A stretch of 62,168 nucleotides of DNA, filler included, from Choristocarpus tenellus KU-1152 (GCA_964200185.2; 10 parts of 10 records of this genome joined end to end with filler, not necessarily neighbours in it), one strand, 5' to 3'. Positions 26,983-39,066 are shown, numbered from the whole stretch's first letter. Notes: a model not told the origin generated them from the sequence alone. Translations and numbers: made by a program.

Positions 26983-28201
26983 GTTTGTGGGTTTTGACTA
27001 CTCCACTTGGTATATATATGTGTTTATGTATATATGTATATATATATGTATACATATATATATACATATATAATTAAAAAAAATCTGGAGTCTGTTCCAG
27101 AGTAGCGTGTGCCCTGCCTGTGTAGTTTAATTTATTTAATTTTTATATATATGTGGAGTATTTGTTTTGTTGTTCTTGTTATTGTTTTTGAGTGTGTATT
27201 ACTCCAATGGTAGAATGTGGTACGTAATCTATTGGCAGGCGATGCTGACTTCTTTTTTTTTTCGCTGTTGCTAGTGCGTTTGCACGTGGAGAGATGCGGG
27301 GATGGGGATTAGGTCGGTTTTGATAGTACTGGGGCGGGATGTGAAGGCTACCTTGGGGGGGGTTGAAGTTGGTGTCGCATGGTTCTGGATTTGACTCTGT
27401 GTTGAAAAATGGTAGTGTGTTGAAAAAATTGAAAAAAGGTACTTTTAGTGGGAGTATGTCGAAGTCATTGGCATTGTCCCACCTCCCTCCTGCAGAGACA
27501 AAACTTCAACCTGAACAAAAAGATGACCCCTCAGCATCAAAGGTTTTTGCCTCCGGTGGTGAAGCCCACACTAACCCTAACCCTTGGTCTTTTTTTTTTG
27601 TCATTTGATGTGTTTCACGAGGGACACCATGGTCTTGGATTGGTAACATCTGTAATTTCATTGGGATAGAGGGTTAGGGTTAGGGTTAGGGTTAGACGTT
27701 TTTGTAACTTTTTTTTTTAATGTCCCAATTCCATATTTGGTTTGTTGCTCCCCGCCCATCTAATTGTGTTTTTAATTTTTTTTCTTAAAAAAAACCCAAA
27801 GAGAAGACCTCTTTCTCGAGTGGCAGGTTTTGAAAATCAGTTGAAGTGGGGTCAGTGGTGGTTTTTGGTGCGATTGGTGCACGTGGGATTTGGCTTAGGG
27901 TAAGGGCTAGGTTTTAGGTTTATCTAGGTCTTCCAGGTTTTTGGATGGGATCACAGACTTACTTCTTTTTGCGATATGGTCAAGGTTTGGTGTTCAACTC
28001 CAACGATACTGCTCTATGTCGAGTGCTACTGGTAGGTATTGATGTCTCTACTGCATCAAATCGAGATGAGGAAAGGAAAATGAACTATGCATAGAAAGAG
28101 TGTACGCTGGAAGGCGGTGCTTGGGTCTTACATTTGCTTGTGCATGAAGTTTTTTTTTTAATGAGCTTTTACGGCAGTTTTAATAAAAATGTAAAATGGT
28201 A

Positions 28202-28248
<47 letters not shown>

Positions 28249-28256
28249 ATTGTTTT

Positions 28257-28289
<33 letters not shown>

Positions 28290-28620
28290 TCTCGTCAGTC
28301 GATCAGACTGGAAGGATGGCGTGTTTATGTATTTTTTCATTTGTTACCAGGATGGAGTTTCTGACTCAAATATAGTTACTCGAAAAGGAATCTGTCATTC
28401 TCTTCTCGTACCATATTTGAATATCTAGACTATCTGCAAGGCCTTCCTTAGACAGGTTCATAGAATCGCAGAACCGACTGACTGGACTGAGCCCACAGGC
28501 CGGTCCTGTTAAGACATATTTTACCGGTCCTGTTAAGACATATTTTACCTGCTTTGATCCGTGGTCCAGCCCTATTGAGCCACATTGTACCTGGACTAAT
28601 CTGGTCCGATTGTACTTCCT

Positions 28621-28707
28621 GATGGTCCTGGAATGGTCCTGGAATGGTCCTGGAATGGTCCTGGAATGGTCCTGGAATGGTCCTGGAATGGTCCTGGAAT
28701 GGTCCTG
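28621..28707. repeat. 11-bp minisatellite (GGAATGGTCCT) x ~8
   Basis: Near-perfect tandem units. A 25-bp tandem duplication (CCGGTCCTGTTAAGACATATTTTA) lies just upstream at ~28500-28549. Confidence 0.95.
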
Positions 28708-29251
28708 TCAAGAAATTTTCCACGTGGACCAGACCCTCCGCCAGTCCCCATCAAATTTATCTGGTCTGGCGAAAGGTCCCCATGAAATTGCATGGTTTAG
28801 TTCATTCAATCTGTAAAATGTGTGTGATGAGTATGAACTTTTTTTGGCAAGGTGAGTTTGGTGAGTTTTTAGTTTTGTTTTGTTGTGAAGATACATCGAG
28901 GATTGTGGTATGCTGGGGTCAATCGGGTAGAATGGGAAATTGGGGAAGGGGCGAAAACATTGCTGGGACCATAGCCACCTTCCTTGCATTTTGGTTTCTC
29001 GTTTTTCTAGACCACACAAGTAGGTGCTTGTGTGCAAGTAGTGATATACCGTTCTGTATTGAGAGTTGTCGCTGTAGCAGTAGTAGGTTTCATATGCTGT
29101 GGCACAACAATGTGTCTGAGTCAAAAGTATCCGAGAGGGGGTTGTCGCTGTGTTACAAGGGTCCCTCCCCTCTGACTCTCTGGTCACATGTGTTTGGAGC
29201 GTACATTTTTTCCATGGACGTGGTGGAGGTTAGTTTGGGTTTTCCGTGAAT

Positions 29252-29674
29252 AGGTTTCAGTTTGTAGAAGTAGATTCATTTTGTAAATGTAGGTTTATTT
29301 TGTAGAAGTAGATTCATTTAGTATAAGTAGGTTTATTTTGTAGAAGTAGATTCATTTTGTAGAGGTAGATTCAGTTTGTAGTAGTAGATTCATTTTGTAG
29401 AGGTAGATTCAGTTTGTAGTAGTAGATTCATTTTGTAAATGGAGGTTTATTTTGTAGAAGTAGATTCATTTTGTAGAAGTAGATTCATTTTGTTGAAGTA
29501 GATTCAGTTTGAAGAAGTCGATTCAGTTTGTAGTAGTAGATTTCAGTTTGTAGTAGTAGATTCATTTAGTAAATGTAGGTTTATTTTGTAGAAGTAGATT
29601 CAGTTTGAAGAAGTCGATTCGTTTTGTAGAAGTAGATTCAGTTTGTAAAAGTAGATTCATTTTGTAGAAGGAGG
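29252..29674. repeat. 19-bp minisatellite (GTAGAAGTAGATTCATTTT and variants) x ~22
   Basis: Contiguous 19-bp periodicity with variant units and no spacers. Confidence 0.95.
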
Positions 29675-30041
29675 TTTTCCTATTCTTGTCAGCATCCTTT
29701 TTCAAAATATCTTCTCACCTTCTTTGGTGATGGTTGAAGAATTGCTTGTGAACTCAAGAGATTCAAGGTGCACTCATGTCGGTTTCTCTCACACTCTTAC
29801 TTCATTTTTTTTTCCCCATCAACCACCGTGGTTAGCCTACGAATTAGGATTAGGGTTAGGGATGGTACTATAGGAAGCTACACAACCGTTTCGTTTTTAG
29901 TGTTTGGTTTTGATAGAGGACAAGAAGGCGTATGTGATACGAGAGGAAAATCGGGAGTCTCAGTTAAGGATATATAGTTGTACCCCCACAACAGATAGAG
30001 TCCTTTTTGCCACAGGGCAAATTCAAAACGCTCTCAATTCA

Positions 30042-30115
30042 TTGTTAATTAGAGTAGTAAGGATAGTAGATATTACTTTTTTGTTAATTAGAGTAGTAAG
30101 GATAGTAGATATTAC
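30042..30115. repeat. 39-bp-period tandem duplication
   Basis: TTGTTAATTAGAGTAGTAAGGATAGTAGATATTAC occurs twice. Confidence 0.9.
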
Positions 30116-30600
30116 ATTCGGAGATAGTTTCATGTCCCATCGCTTTGCTTATTCTACCATCCATGATGATAGTGCTCCAATAGCTATTGTACTCTAAAAA
30201 AGAACTGTAGTGACATTCAATTGGTCATTCCGCTACCACCTTTGTGCTTTTTACTACCAGAGAGGTTGCACAATTTATTTTATACGGTACACTTTGGGGT
30301 TAGGGTTAGGGTTACACTTTGTTGTTGCTCGCAAACAGTCCCCTTCCCTGCCCCCCCCTTCCCCACCTCCCAACTTTTGTGTGTTTGACCACGATGTTTC
30401 ACTCGCCTTCGAAGGTGTCTGGAAGCCCTATTCAACGGGCTATCCATGGCAGTATGCGTGATTGTGTTGACATCTGTGCTCATCTACCTGCTGGAAGGGG
30501 AGACGATCAGCTCTTTGTGCAGGTGGGTGCCGTTGATTGTTCGCCTAGACGGACTTCAGCTTTTGAGGTGTGTGTGTTCAGCTTGTGATCTTCGTTTCCT

Positions 30601-30656
<56 letters not shown>

Positions 30657-31859
30657 ACCCACCCCCTCNNNNNNNNNNNNNNNNNNNNNNNNNNNNNNNN
30701 NNNNNNNNNNNNTTAATTAATTAANNNNNNNNNNNNNNNNNNNNNNNNNNNNNNNNNNNNNNNNNNNNCCCCCGTGAAACAGGAGGAAGAGCGAACAGAT
30801 CTAGTGTTGATTGCTGCCTGCTGTTCGGTTGAGGAATTGTCGTATGTCCATGTGGCTTGCTCTCCAACTAGAACAGCGCGATTTTTGGTCAAGGTTGTTG
30901 AGGGTCGACTGTTATCGGGGTGGGGTTGAGTCCCTTGGGATGAAAGCACAACCGTGATGAAAGTGGAAGGGGTGAACAAGTCACACGAGGGGGAGTTGAA
31001 CCTGTGCTTCCATGGTTACGTTCTTGCTTTGTAGAGGATGCTGTTCACTGTTTGGTTGGGAGGGAGCAAGTGATCTTGGCAGTGGTGTAGAAGTAAATCT
31101 TTGCACATATAATAATATGACAAACAATGATCTTTGAGCATCAGCCCAACAGTGGCCCGAACAATTGATTGAGCCGAGGAGGGTATTGGTCGGGGGCTGT
31201 AGGTGGCTGCATTGATTGTTATCGGTGATTGAGATTGCCTTTACTTGGGGAGGGGAGGGGGGCACAAATGAGATGGAGTGTTATTGTGTTTTTGTGTGTG
31301 TTGAGCATCGTTATCTAGATAGATAGTACAGCAATTCTTTGGCGTCCTCGAGAGGGGTTGCTGCGTCTGTCTCTTATCTAGATGGAGGAGGTGGTTGCGG
31401 TTATTGGAGCACAAGCTATCCTGTCCTTCATACAGTTTTCCGCTTGTTATTGGGATACTTGGCTCATCATCATCAGCAGGCTGTCATGGGTGGGTTGGTT
31501 TGTGATATAGCACCTAGCTGGAGTGAGAGGGAGAATGGCCTGTGAGGTGTGCAGTATATATATATATATATGTATATGTATATGTATATTCGTACGACAT
31601 TGTTTGGCCGGCTCTTTCTTTGTTCGGTCCAGTTGGTGTATACTTGTATTAGGTGGTGAAGAGATACCATACTAATAACGGAAAAAACGCACTGTTGGGT
31701 CATGTATGTATAATTTTTTATTAGCCAAGCTTGCTTGCACCCAGTGACAGTCCTTGCGCTCTGACATGCTGAATATGGAGGAGGTGGCGATAACTTAATA
31801 ATGACGATCTGGTCTTCATAATATATATATTATATATGAAGCGGCGTGTAACACACACA

Positions 31860-32243
31860 GAGCCAAACTAAACGAGAGGTACTCAGGTATTGGCCGTTTT
31901 GCATTATAGGCGAGTAATTCAATCTTTTGCAGTTCAACCATGTTTGGCTTAAAGAATCTGGGGAGGGGGGCGGGGTAGCGGTTTTCCGTTTGGGGTCAAT
32001 TTTTTCATGTCGCGATTATTGTGTGATTTGGTTGCATAAGTTGGATGGATAATGTAAATGCGCTTTTCCTGATTTTGGTCCAAGTGGACACCCTGGTGTA
32101 GACCCCCCCCCCAGATACTTTGGGTCTTTCTATGGATGAAGTGCTAAGTTTGGCTTGAGAACGTTTGATTTCTTGGCTGGTTGAAGCCTTTCGACAGGAT
32201 CAGGAGAATTTCCGGTAAGCCTTTGTCAAAAAAGTCGAATTTT
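31860..32243 (+). mobile_element. Family C MITE interrupted by a full family A MITE (31946-32126, minus)
   Basis: C start GAGCCAAACTAAACGAGAGG. The C sequence resumes after the A element at TTTCTATGGATGAAGTGCTAAG. Confidence 0.8.
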
Positions 32244-33073
32244 GGATCATCTTCTTAAGGTGCTGAACCAACACATGTCCGCGGGCTGGACCAGATCAAT
32301 TGCTTCCTAACATGTCCGGACCATATCCATTGGGTATTGTTTCGGTCCATGTCATCCAACTGGACTGGGGCAAACATTCTCTAACATGTCCGGACTAGGT
32401 CCAGTGGGTGTTTGTGCTGGTCTGTGTCCGCCAGCCTGCAAGTCTAACCCTTTCTTGCATGTTGCTATTTCTCGCTTCTTTCAGGCATGTCCGGACTGTG
32501 CCCACTACTAGGTGTTGTACTAGTCCATGGTGACAAACGTGTACTCTTATGTGTACTGCATGCGAAAGGTTACGTTATACTCCAGTAAAAAAAAAAGTGG
32601 TTACGTTGTACTCCAGTATGTGGATATAGATTCTATACTCCTTGAAATATTCTCTGGGTTTCTTTGTCGGTTCGATATCATAAAGAATATGTCTTATGCA
32701 CGTGGGGTGAGAATGTGAGGAGGCATAATAAGCGTATTGATTATATCTTTTTAATTTATGTATTTCCTACATATTATAGCCTTGACGAATGAGATATGAA
32801 ACTACACGGTGTAAAATGTCCAAAATCATATTTGATTCACTATTCTAAAGGGAAAGTTTATGAAGTAATATCTGAGTTTGTGGGCGGGAGAACTCTGGTA
32901 GGAATGATGTATAGGGCGGGGAGAGGTGAGGAAAGAAAAAAATAGTAGTCAAGGGTTGTGGTGGTGAATGGGGTTGGGAAGCGGTAAGTGAGGGAAAGTC
33001 TTGTGGTGTTGAGTAGTGTTGAGTTGTGAGGTGGAGCGGTAAGTGGTGTGGGGTTTTGAGTGAGTTTGAAGGG

Positions 33074-33607
33074 TGGGGTGGTAACTGGAAATCAGTGACA
33101 AAGGGGTCGCACTGGTTGGTCATCAGATGGGGTTGGTGACTGGAAATCAGTGGCCAAAGAGTCAAAGTAGCTTAGAGGGTGAGCCGCGTCCGTTTGGGGG
33201 CCAAAATCCAGTGTTGCGATTTTGATGTAATTTGGGCTACCATGTTTGTTAGGAAGGGTCAATACCCTTGTTGCAGACACACCCTTTCATAATGTATACG
33301 TTTTACCTACTTCTAAACGTTTCAAGGTAGGAAAATGTCATAAATAAACCCGTGGGAAGCCCCAAACAGACAAACAGGACAAAACTTGTGCCCCCCGAAA
33401 TACTTTCACTCAATGGAGTTCGCATTGGTTGGTTATCACATGGGTGGGGGGACTGGAAATCAGTGGTGAAGGGGTCGCAGTGGTTGATAATCGGATGTGG
33501 GTGGTGACTGGAAATCAGTGGCGAAGGGGGTTTGCACAGGTTGGTCATTGCAGGGGGGAAGGTGACTGGAAATCAGTGGTGAAGAGGTTACACTGGTTGG
33601 TCATAAA
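33074..33607. repeat. ~55-bp minisatellite (GGTGACTGGAAATCAGTGG...CACTGGTTGGTCAT) x5, interrupted by a family B MITE at 33159-33411
   Basis: Five units share the CTGGAAATCAGTG core. Unit 2 is split by GAGTCAAAGTAGCTTAGAGGG...TACTTTCACTC. Confidence 0.85.
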
Positions 33608-33917
33608 TGGTGTTACAATGGGGGGGGAGTAGGATGGGTGGAATGCAAACATAGAATAGAATAATAATAATCCAGAATTCGTGAACAAAGGAAACACAAC
33701 GATGATTTGTATTCAGTTTCAAATGATTAGTCTCTAAAATAGTTGAATACAAAATGATACAGAAATATCAATGTATATATTATATTCAAGTACTACAGCA
33801 GTAGCATAAGATACAAGATAGAAGTAGATTGAAGGGTAAATAGGGAGCCATGGCCATGACGTGGCTGCCCCAAGTGTCGAAAAAATATTAGCTGGCCAAC
33901 CATAGACAAAATATTTT

Positions 33918-34113
33918 GACATGGCCGAGTCCATGGCCATCACTTATTCAACATGATCAAGGCCACTGGCTGGTCATATACAACCAAGAGAACATGGTCG
34001 AGTCCATGACCATCACTACTCAACATGATGGCTGCTGGCCGGTCGTGTATGACCAAGTTTGGACATGACCAAGTTCATGGCCATCAACTATTTCAACATG
34101 ACTGGGCCGCTGG
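33918..34113. repeat. ~73-bp diverged tandem repeat x ~3
   Basis: ACATGGCCGAGTCCATGGCCATCAC..TTCAACATGA recurs three times. Confidence 0.8.
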
Positions 34114-35433
34114 CAGTCCCCCGACTATATGACCGATAGTGGATATGGTAACTGCCCAGCAGGGTGAAAAGTCCTGAAAAAATTAACGTAAAAAATAATA
34201 GTAGGTAAGAAGAGGAGTCAAGAACAACCAGACATGGCTCCGTAGCACCCAGTAGCCGTGACAGGATGTCATTGTTGCCAACATCCCTGGTCCTATCGTG
34301 GGGAAAAGGGGAAGGAAAAATGAACAACAGGCGGGTCGAACACCTAATCTGAACGCCTCTTATGACTTAGACATCAAGCAATGGAAAGAGGAATACAAGA
34401 ATAATTTCGCCGAGCAAGGAGTGATGGCGTGATTGTCAAACATTGAGATGCCACTACGAATACTACTGTCCCAGGGGGGCAGAAAACTCGAGCAACTATC
34501 TGCTCCAGAAGAAAAGTGGAGGTATCTCAGCCATTGTTTGATAGTGCACGTGCCCTGATCTTCTTGAGTCGCCTTACCTACTGCATTTCATGGCATGCAT
34601 GAGATGACACAACTTGGTATGTCACTAGTTCATGAAGCCCATGGTTCTATCAACCATACACTTGTGCCATCTGACTGAGTTGCTGGTATATTTTCTTATA
34701 TATTATAGTTCTGCGTCCAAAACTTCAATGTCTTTCGGAATTCAGCTACATGTCCCATACCCTCAGTTGGAAAGTGTGGTGGCAGCATTCATTAATAATG
34801 TAAGAGTCAAACCAGAGTTAGGGTTAGGGTTTCATTTTACGAATGTCGAGCAAGGTAATATATATGTCATTTTGTACAATCGCAAAAAGAGTCTTTGCTG
34901 ATTTTGTGGTGTCACTATGCATGGGGAAGGGGGAATATCAATGTTGTGTACAATATTCTTGTGGACAAGAGGCATGAAACGGATTTTTTGGATAGGGTAA
35001 TATGAAAGATGGATTGGAATGCGAAACGGTCCAAACCTGCCTCCTTCTCAATTGGTTCGGATCAAAAACCATTAATGATTGCATCATACTCATAACATGC
35101 TGTCACAACTGCAAACAGAAGAATTTGTAAATACTGAATGTGGGTCACCTCTCTTAGCCTCTCTGTACGTTGTAGTGCTGGACAAAACAATTCAAGTCCT
35201 GAATCGAAAACGGCAGTAAGGCATAACCTTACAAACGAACAGTCATAGATAATTGAGGGAAGATTCTAAAAAAGTAGAATTGACAATTACTCAGAACTAT
35301 TTGCTAGTGCTGCTGTGATTCTCTTCCCCATAGTGGATCCAGAAGTCCTTGCCAAAGCCCAACATGAGCAATATGAGGCATTTATTCAATATTTGATACA
35401 CCCAGAGAAGGCAGTATCACCTCTTAAAGAAAC

Positions 35434-35603
35434 GGTCTACACCATGTCATATTTTTTTCTTACAACGAGAAACGTATTGAAATCTTCTTACAACTGAATA
35501 TACTGCTCTTACCAGGCTGGTCTACACCATGTCATATTTTTTTCTTACAACGAGAAACGTATTGAAATCTTCTTACAACTGAATATACTGCTCTTACCAG
35601 GCT
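35434..35603. repeat. Perfect 85-bp tandem duplication
   Basis: GGTCTACACCATG...CTTACCAGGCT twice, with GG microhomology at the junction. Confidence 0.95.
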
Positions 35604-36124
35604 GGCCACAGTTGAAGAAAAACGGCCAATTTTGCGATCAGTTAGTTGCCCCAACCGAGGTCCAGAGTTAAACTTTTTGCACGTCCTTCATGACCACCGA
35701 CCTTGTAAAGGTTGGTTGCAATCTCGCTTTAACGACATATTTAACTGTGTAAGAGACAGACAGATAACAGTGGATTTTAAAAATTGAGGATGGAGCGTAC
35801 TATTAAGGATGGGTTTGACCGAAAATGGCGCGGAAAAAGCGCCGATATGCAGCACTTTTTAAGGGCCCCTTTTGGAATGGGAATCCATGCCGAAGGTGGT
35901 AGTAGGACATACTTAATCGATCTTGTACGTTTCCAATGTCCAGAAACCAAAAGGTCAAAAAAAAAATGACACCCTCCAATTTTTTGAGATACAAAATCTG
36001 AAATTGTTGGACATTTGCATTCTTCAAGAGTGAAACTATCTTAGATGGTACACGATAGCAAAAATTACATCAAAATCACAATATTGTATTTTGACCCCCA
36101 AATGGACGCGGCTCTACCCTCTAT

Positions 36125-36332
36125 TAGTCAGGTTGTTTACCCTAATAAAATTATCATAGTCACTTTTTGGTTTATCACCGGTTATGTAGACAACGGGTGC
36201 ATATCCTAGTTTTAAAAGCTGGGCTCCTACATATAATCTTTCCTTATTTCCACCATACACTACTATAGCTTGAGTGATATTCCTATTTGTATTGGTAATA
36301 TTTTTTGTATAGCTAATAAAATAGAAAAATCC
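36125..36332 (-). pseudogene. Bacterial YdcF/ElyC (DUF218) family gene fragment
   Basis: 69 stop-free codons: GFFYFISYTKNITNTNRNITQAIVVYGGNKERLYVGAQLLKLGYAPVVYITGDKPKSDYDNFIRVNNLT. This fits the DUF218 N-terminal pattern (hydrophobic segment, AIVVxGG, R, LxxxGYAPxxxxTG). AT-rich and intronless. Recognised from memory, not searched. Confidence 0.7.
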
Positions 36333-36374
36333 TGCGCTGCGCGACTGTAACAGAAATTAGCCAAAAAGTCAATT

Positions 36375-36535
36375 TCTGAATATATATATTAACAACCTTT
36401 CCGTGTTAGCTATACCATTTAGTATTTCCAGCAAAATATCGTAAAGCTGTAATCGATGAACATGTCGATCAAGTTATGAAAAATATATGCCTAGAAATAG
36501 AAAAAATATACCAAATCAAGTTTTTAGAAATAGGA
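36375..36535 (+). pseudogene. tnpA: IS200/IS605-family TnpA (Y1 HUH transposase) N-terminal fragment
   Basis: SEYI..NLSVL/LYHLVFPAKYRKAVIDEHVDQVMKNICLEIEKIYQIKFLEIG carries the YHxVxxxKYR signature. Frameshifted near the start and truncated just before the HUH motif. Confidence 0.85.
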
Positions 36536-37987
36536 GAATAATTTTACCACAAAGAACTATGATTTACTTGTCTTGTTTAACATAAAAATCCACTTAATAA
36601 AATAATTACACTATTCACAGTTTAGGGAATGGGTATTATTAAGTTCAATAAATAAAAATATATTTGAAAAATTATGAAGATTGTTGCACTTATTACCTTA
36701 TGATTGATTGTAAATAAGCTTGCTATTATCTCTAATACATCATTTCTCACTTTTCAAGACTGAAAGTAAATCCTCTAATTTATTAAAATCATTATACTCC
36801 AGGTTAGAACTATTAAAGCTAATAATTCTTAGAATATTAAAACGATGATCAGGATATATTATTGCAATGTCTGTTAAGCCAGAGATACTTTGGCTCTAAG
36901 AATACTAGAGACGACAAGAAGCAGTTCTTGAGTTTCGGTGATTTCTCTTTCTGTCGACAATTGTGTTACATGAAAAAAGGAATATCGAACAGCATACGAT
37001 TACATAGTGAAAAGAGACAGAGAGTAAACGTTTTTTGTGACCTTTTCGTTTCGTACGTTTGAAACATAATGGGTCAATGAAGGATGTGGTTTCTATTTTT
37101 ATTTGTTGGTGTAAAGATTAGAATATCATTCTAATTTTGGAAAAACCCTAACGCACGTCTTTTGGGTGTTCAATGGTATTCAAGATTACCGCTAACCTTG
37201 AATACCGTAGATCCGCTTTTTTGTGGTCTCTAGTGTTTATTTAAATACTAAAGACGCCAAAAAGCGGATTTAGTATTTAATTAAATAGTGGGTACCAGTT
37301 GGAAAGACTTCTTAGGGTTTCTGAAAATTGGAAACGTGTGAGACNNNNNNNNNNNNNNNNNNNNNNNNNNNNNNNNNNNNNNNNNNNNTTAATTAATTAA
37401 NNNNNNNNNNNNNNNNNNNNNNNNNNNNNNNNNNNNNNNNNNNNGCTTACACTGAGGTCAAACAGAGGGGGGGGGGTTCCTCAAATTTATAGGTCACATC
37501 AGAAGGGATGGGTAAGTGGTTGAAGGGAAAAAGTAATGCACTAGACAATACCTATGTTTTGTTGATGACGTTGTTGTCCTCTGGACACAGCAAAGTTGTT
37601 TGATACTGGTATATCGATCTACACACCTCCATCCCCACTATATTGGGAAGCAACAAAATCCAGTTGTTTTTTCCGATCACTGAACTAAATATAGGAAGGC
37701 TTCACAACAGACCAACAGTTAACCAGCCCGAAACCTTCTCCATGACCCAGCCAAATCATATTTTATCAAGCACCTCAGCCAGCCCTAGTGAAATATCCAC
37801 ATTGATATATTACGCTGCAACAGAACTAACCCTAACGCTCAGAAACAATTAGATACACACACAAACACACAAAATGCACTCCTGCATGATACCAGCAACA
37901 AGACAATCACATCAGACAAGTGCTTGACCTGAACCTGTCAAAACACGCCGTATCATCGAACTGGTCCGCAACTCCTTCATGTACAAG

Positions 37988-38034
37988 AACATCCAACATC
38001 CAACATCCAACATCCAACATCCAACATCCAACAT
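37988..38034. repeat. (CATCCAA)n heptamer repeat
   Basis: About seven tandem units. Confidence 0.95.
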
Positions 38035-39003
38035 CAAGAACACATCAGAACTGCACACTAAGTAAAAAATAAAAAAAATTGCCAAGTTGACCCTAGATTC
38101 AATTCAGCCCCCGGTTACAGTAGAGTTCGTTACCCAGTCTGGTGCAAAGCTCTGAAATACCGCATCAAACGGCAAAATAAACCCACAAAAAGTCGGGACA
38201 TATCATCTGACAAAAATATCATTACAGCCTATTGAACCGAGCCCTTCGACCCGATTGCGGTCGACTTTCCTTCAACTCATTGAATCGCTACAATTCTAAG
38301 GAGACTAAACTTGGGGTTAGGGTTAGGGTTAGGGTCAGGGTCAGGGTCAGGGATAAAAACTAAACAGGAGAGTTCGACTCAAGGCCCGTCGCCGCACCCC
38401 ACGATACCGATACAGAAAAAAAGCTGTGCAGGGCAACATTCACCTGACGGAATGTTTCCTTCAAATGCAACAACGGAGGTTGATGAGAATAGTCTATGCA
38501 TAGATTTTTAAAATGTGGTGACAATCGGTTGACTACATGAATCAAGAATTGCATCACGTCGGTCGCTCAGAACATGGCATACAGTACCAGTAGAAGGGTA
38601 CACGATAAACACAGACATTTTTTTTTTTAATCTGCTCGCATAGTCAACCACTGCCGAGTCTAGTCAATAGGATTATGTAGTTTAATTACCCTCTACTAAT
38701 GTCACAGTAGCACCTCAAGTTGATCTTGACATGCCAAGCCCAATTACGAGTGCTACTTGGTAATAGTATCCTTCTTCTCCTATCAAACATGTTTCCAATA
38801 CAGTACCAGTTTTGACACCTGTCAGTTACCCTAACCCTAATCCTAACCCCACAATGCATAGAGTGGAAATAAAACTTCCGTTGTTGATGCGATTCTGCTA
38901 TGAGTTGGTGATACATCTACTGGTGTACTTCATGACCTTGGAGGTAAAAAAAGAGTACCATGGGCCAGAGAAAAATTGCATTTGACGAGAAGTAAGGGCA
39001 TCT

Positions 39004-39066
39004 ATGCAGATAAACCCTATCCATGCAGATAAACCCTATCCATGCAGATAAACCCTATCCATGCAA
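39004..39066. repeat. 19-bp tandem repeat (ATGCAGATAAACCCTATCC) x3
   Basis: Three identical units. Confidence 0.95.

Larger units (their letters stand above)
36028..36896 (-). mobile_element. Internally deleted family B MITE whose TIR is split by a 759-bp foreign insert (36124-36882)
   Basis: GAGTGAAACTATCTTAG...GGACGCGGCTCTACCCTCTA | insert | AGATACTTTGGCTC. The two sides rejoin to the intact B terminus seen at 8261-8283. Confidence 0.85.

Noticed and set aside
28134-28428. Poly-Phe/poly-Lys ORFs (and poly-Pro at 30600-30668)
   Set aside because: Translations of homopolymer T and C runs.
28448-29249. Repeat-protein ORFs (GPFQDHSRTIP / MVLEWSWNGPG)
   Set aside because: They arise from an 11-bp minisatellite that is stop-free on both strands. 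There is no independent coding evidence.
29252-29674. CRISPR array (GTAGAT-containing 19-mers recall Cas12a repeats)
   Set aside because: Units are head-to-tail with no unique spacers, there is no TCTAC/GTAGA hairpin and no cas genes, and the context is eukaryotic.
36375-36882. Complete IS200/IS605 element with TnpB/Fanzor or an omega-RNA system
   Set aside because: Only the TnpA N-terminus is present, without HUH or catalytic Tyr. No TnpB/RuvC or zinc-finger ORF is visible nearby.
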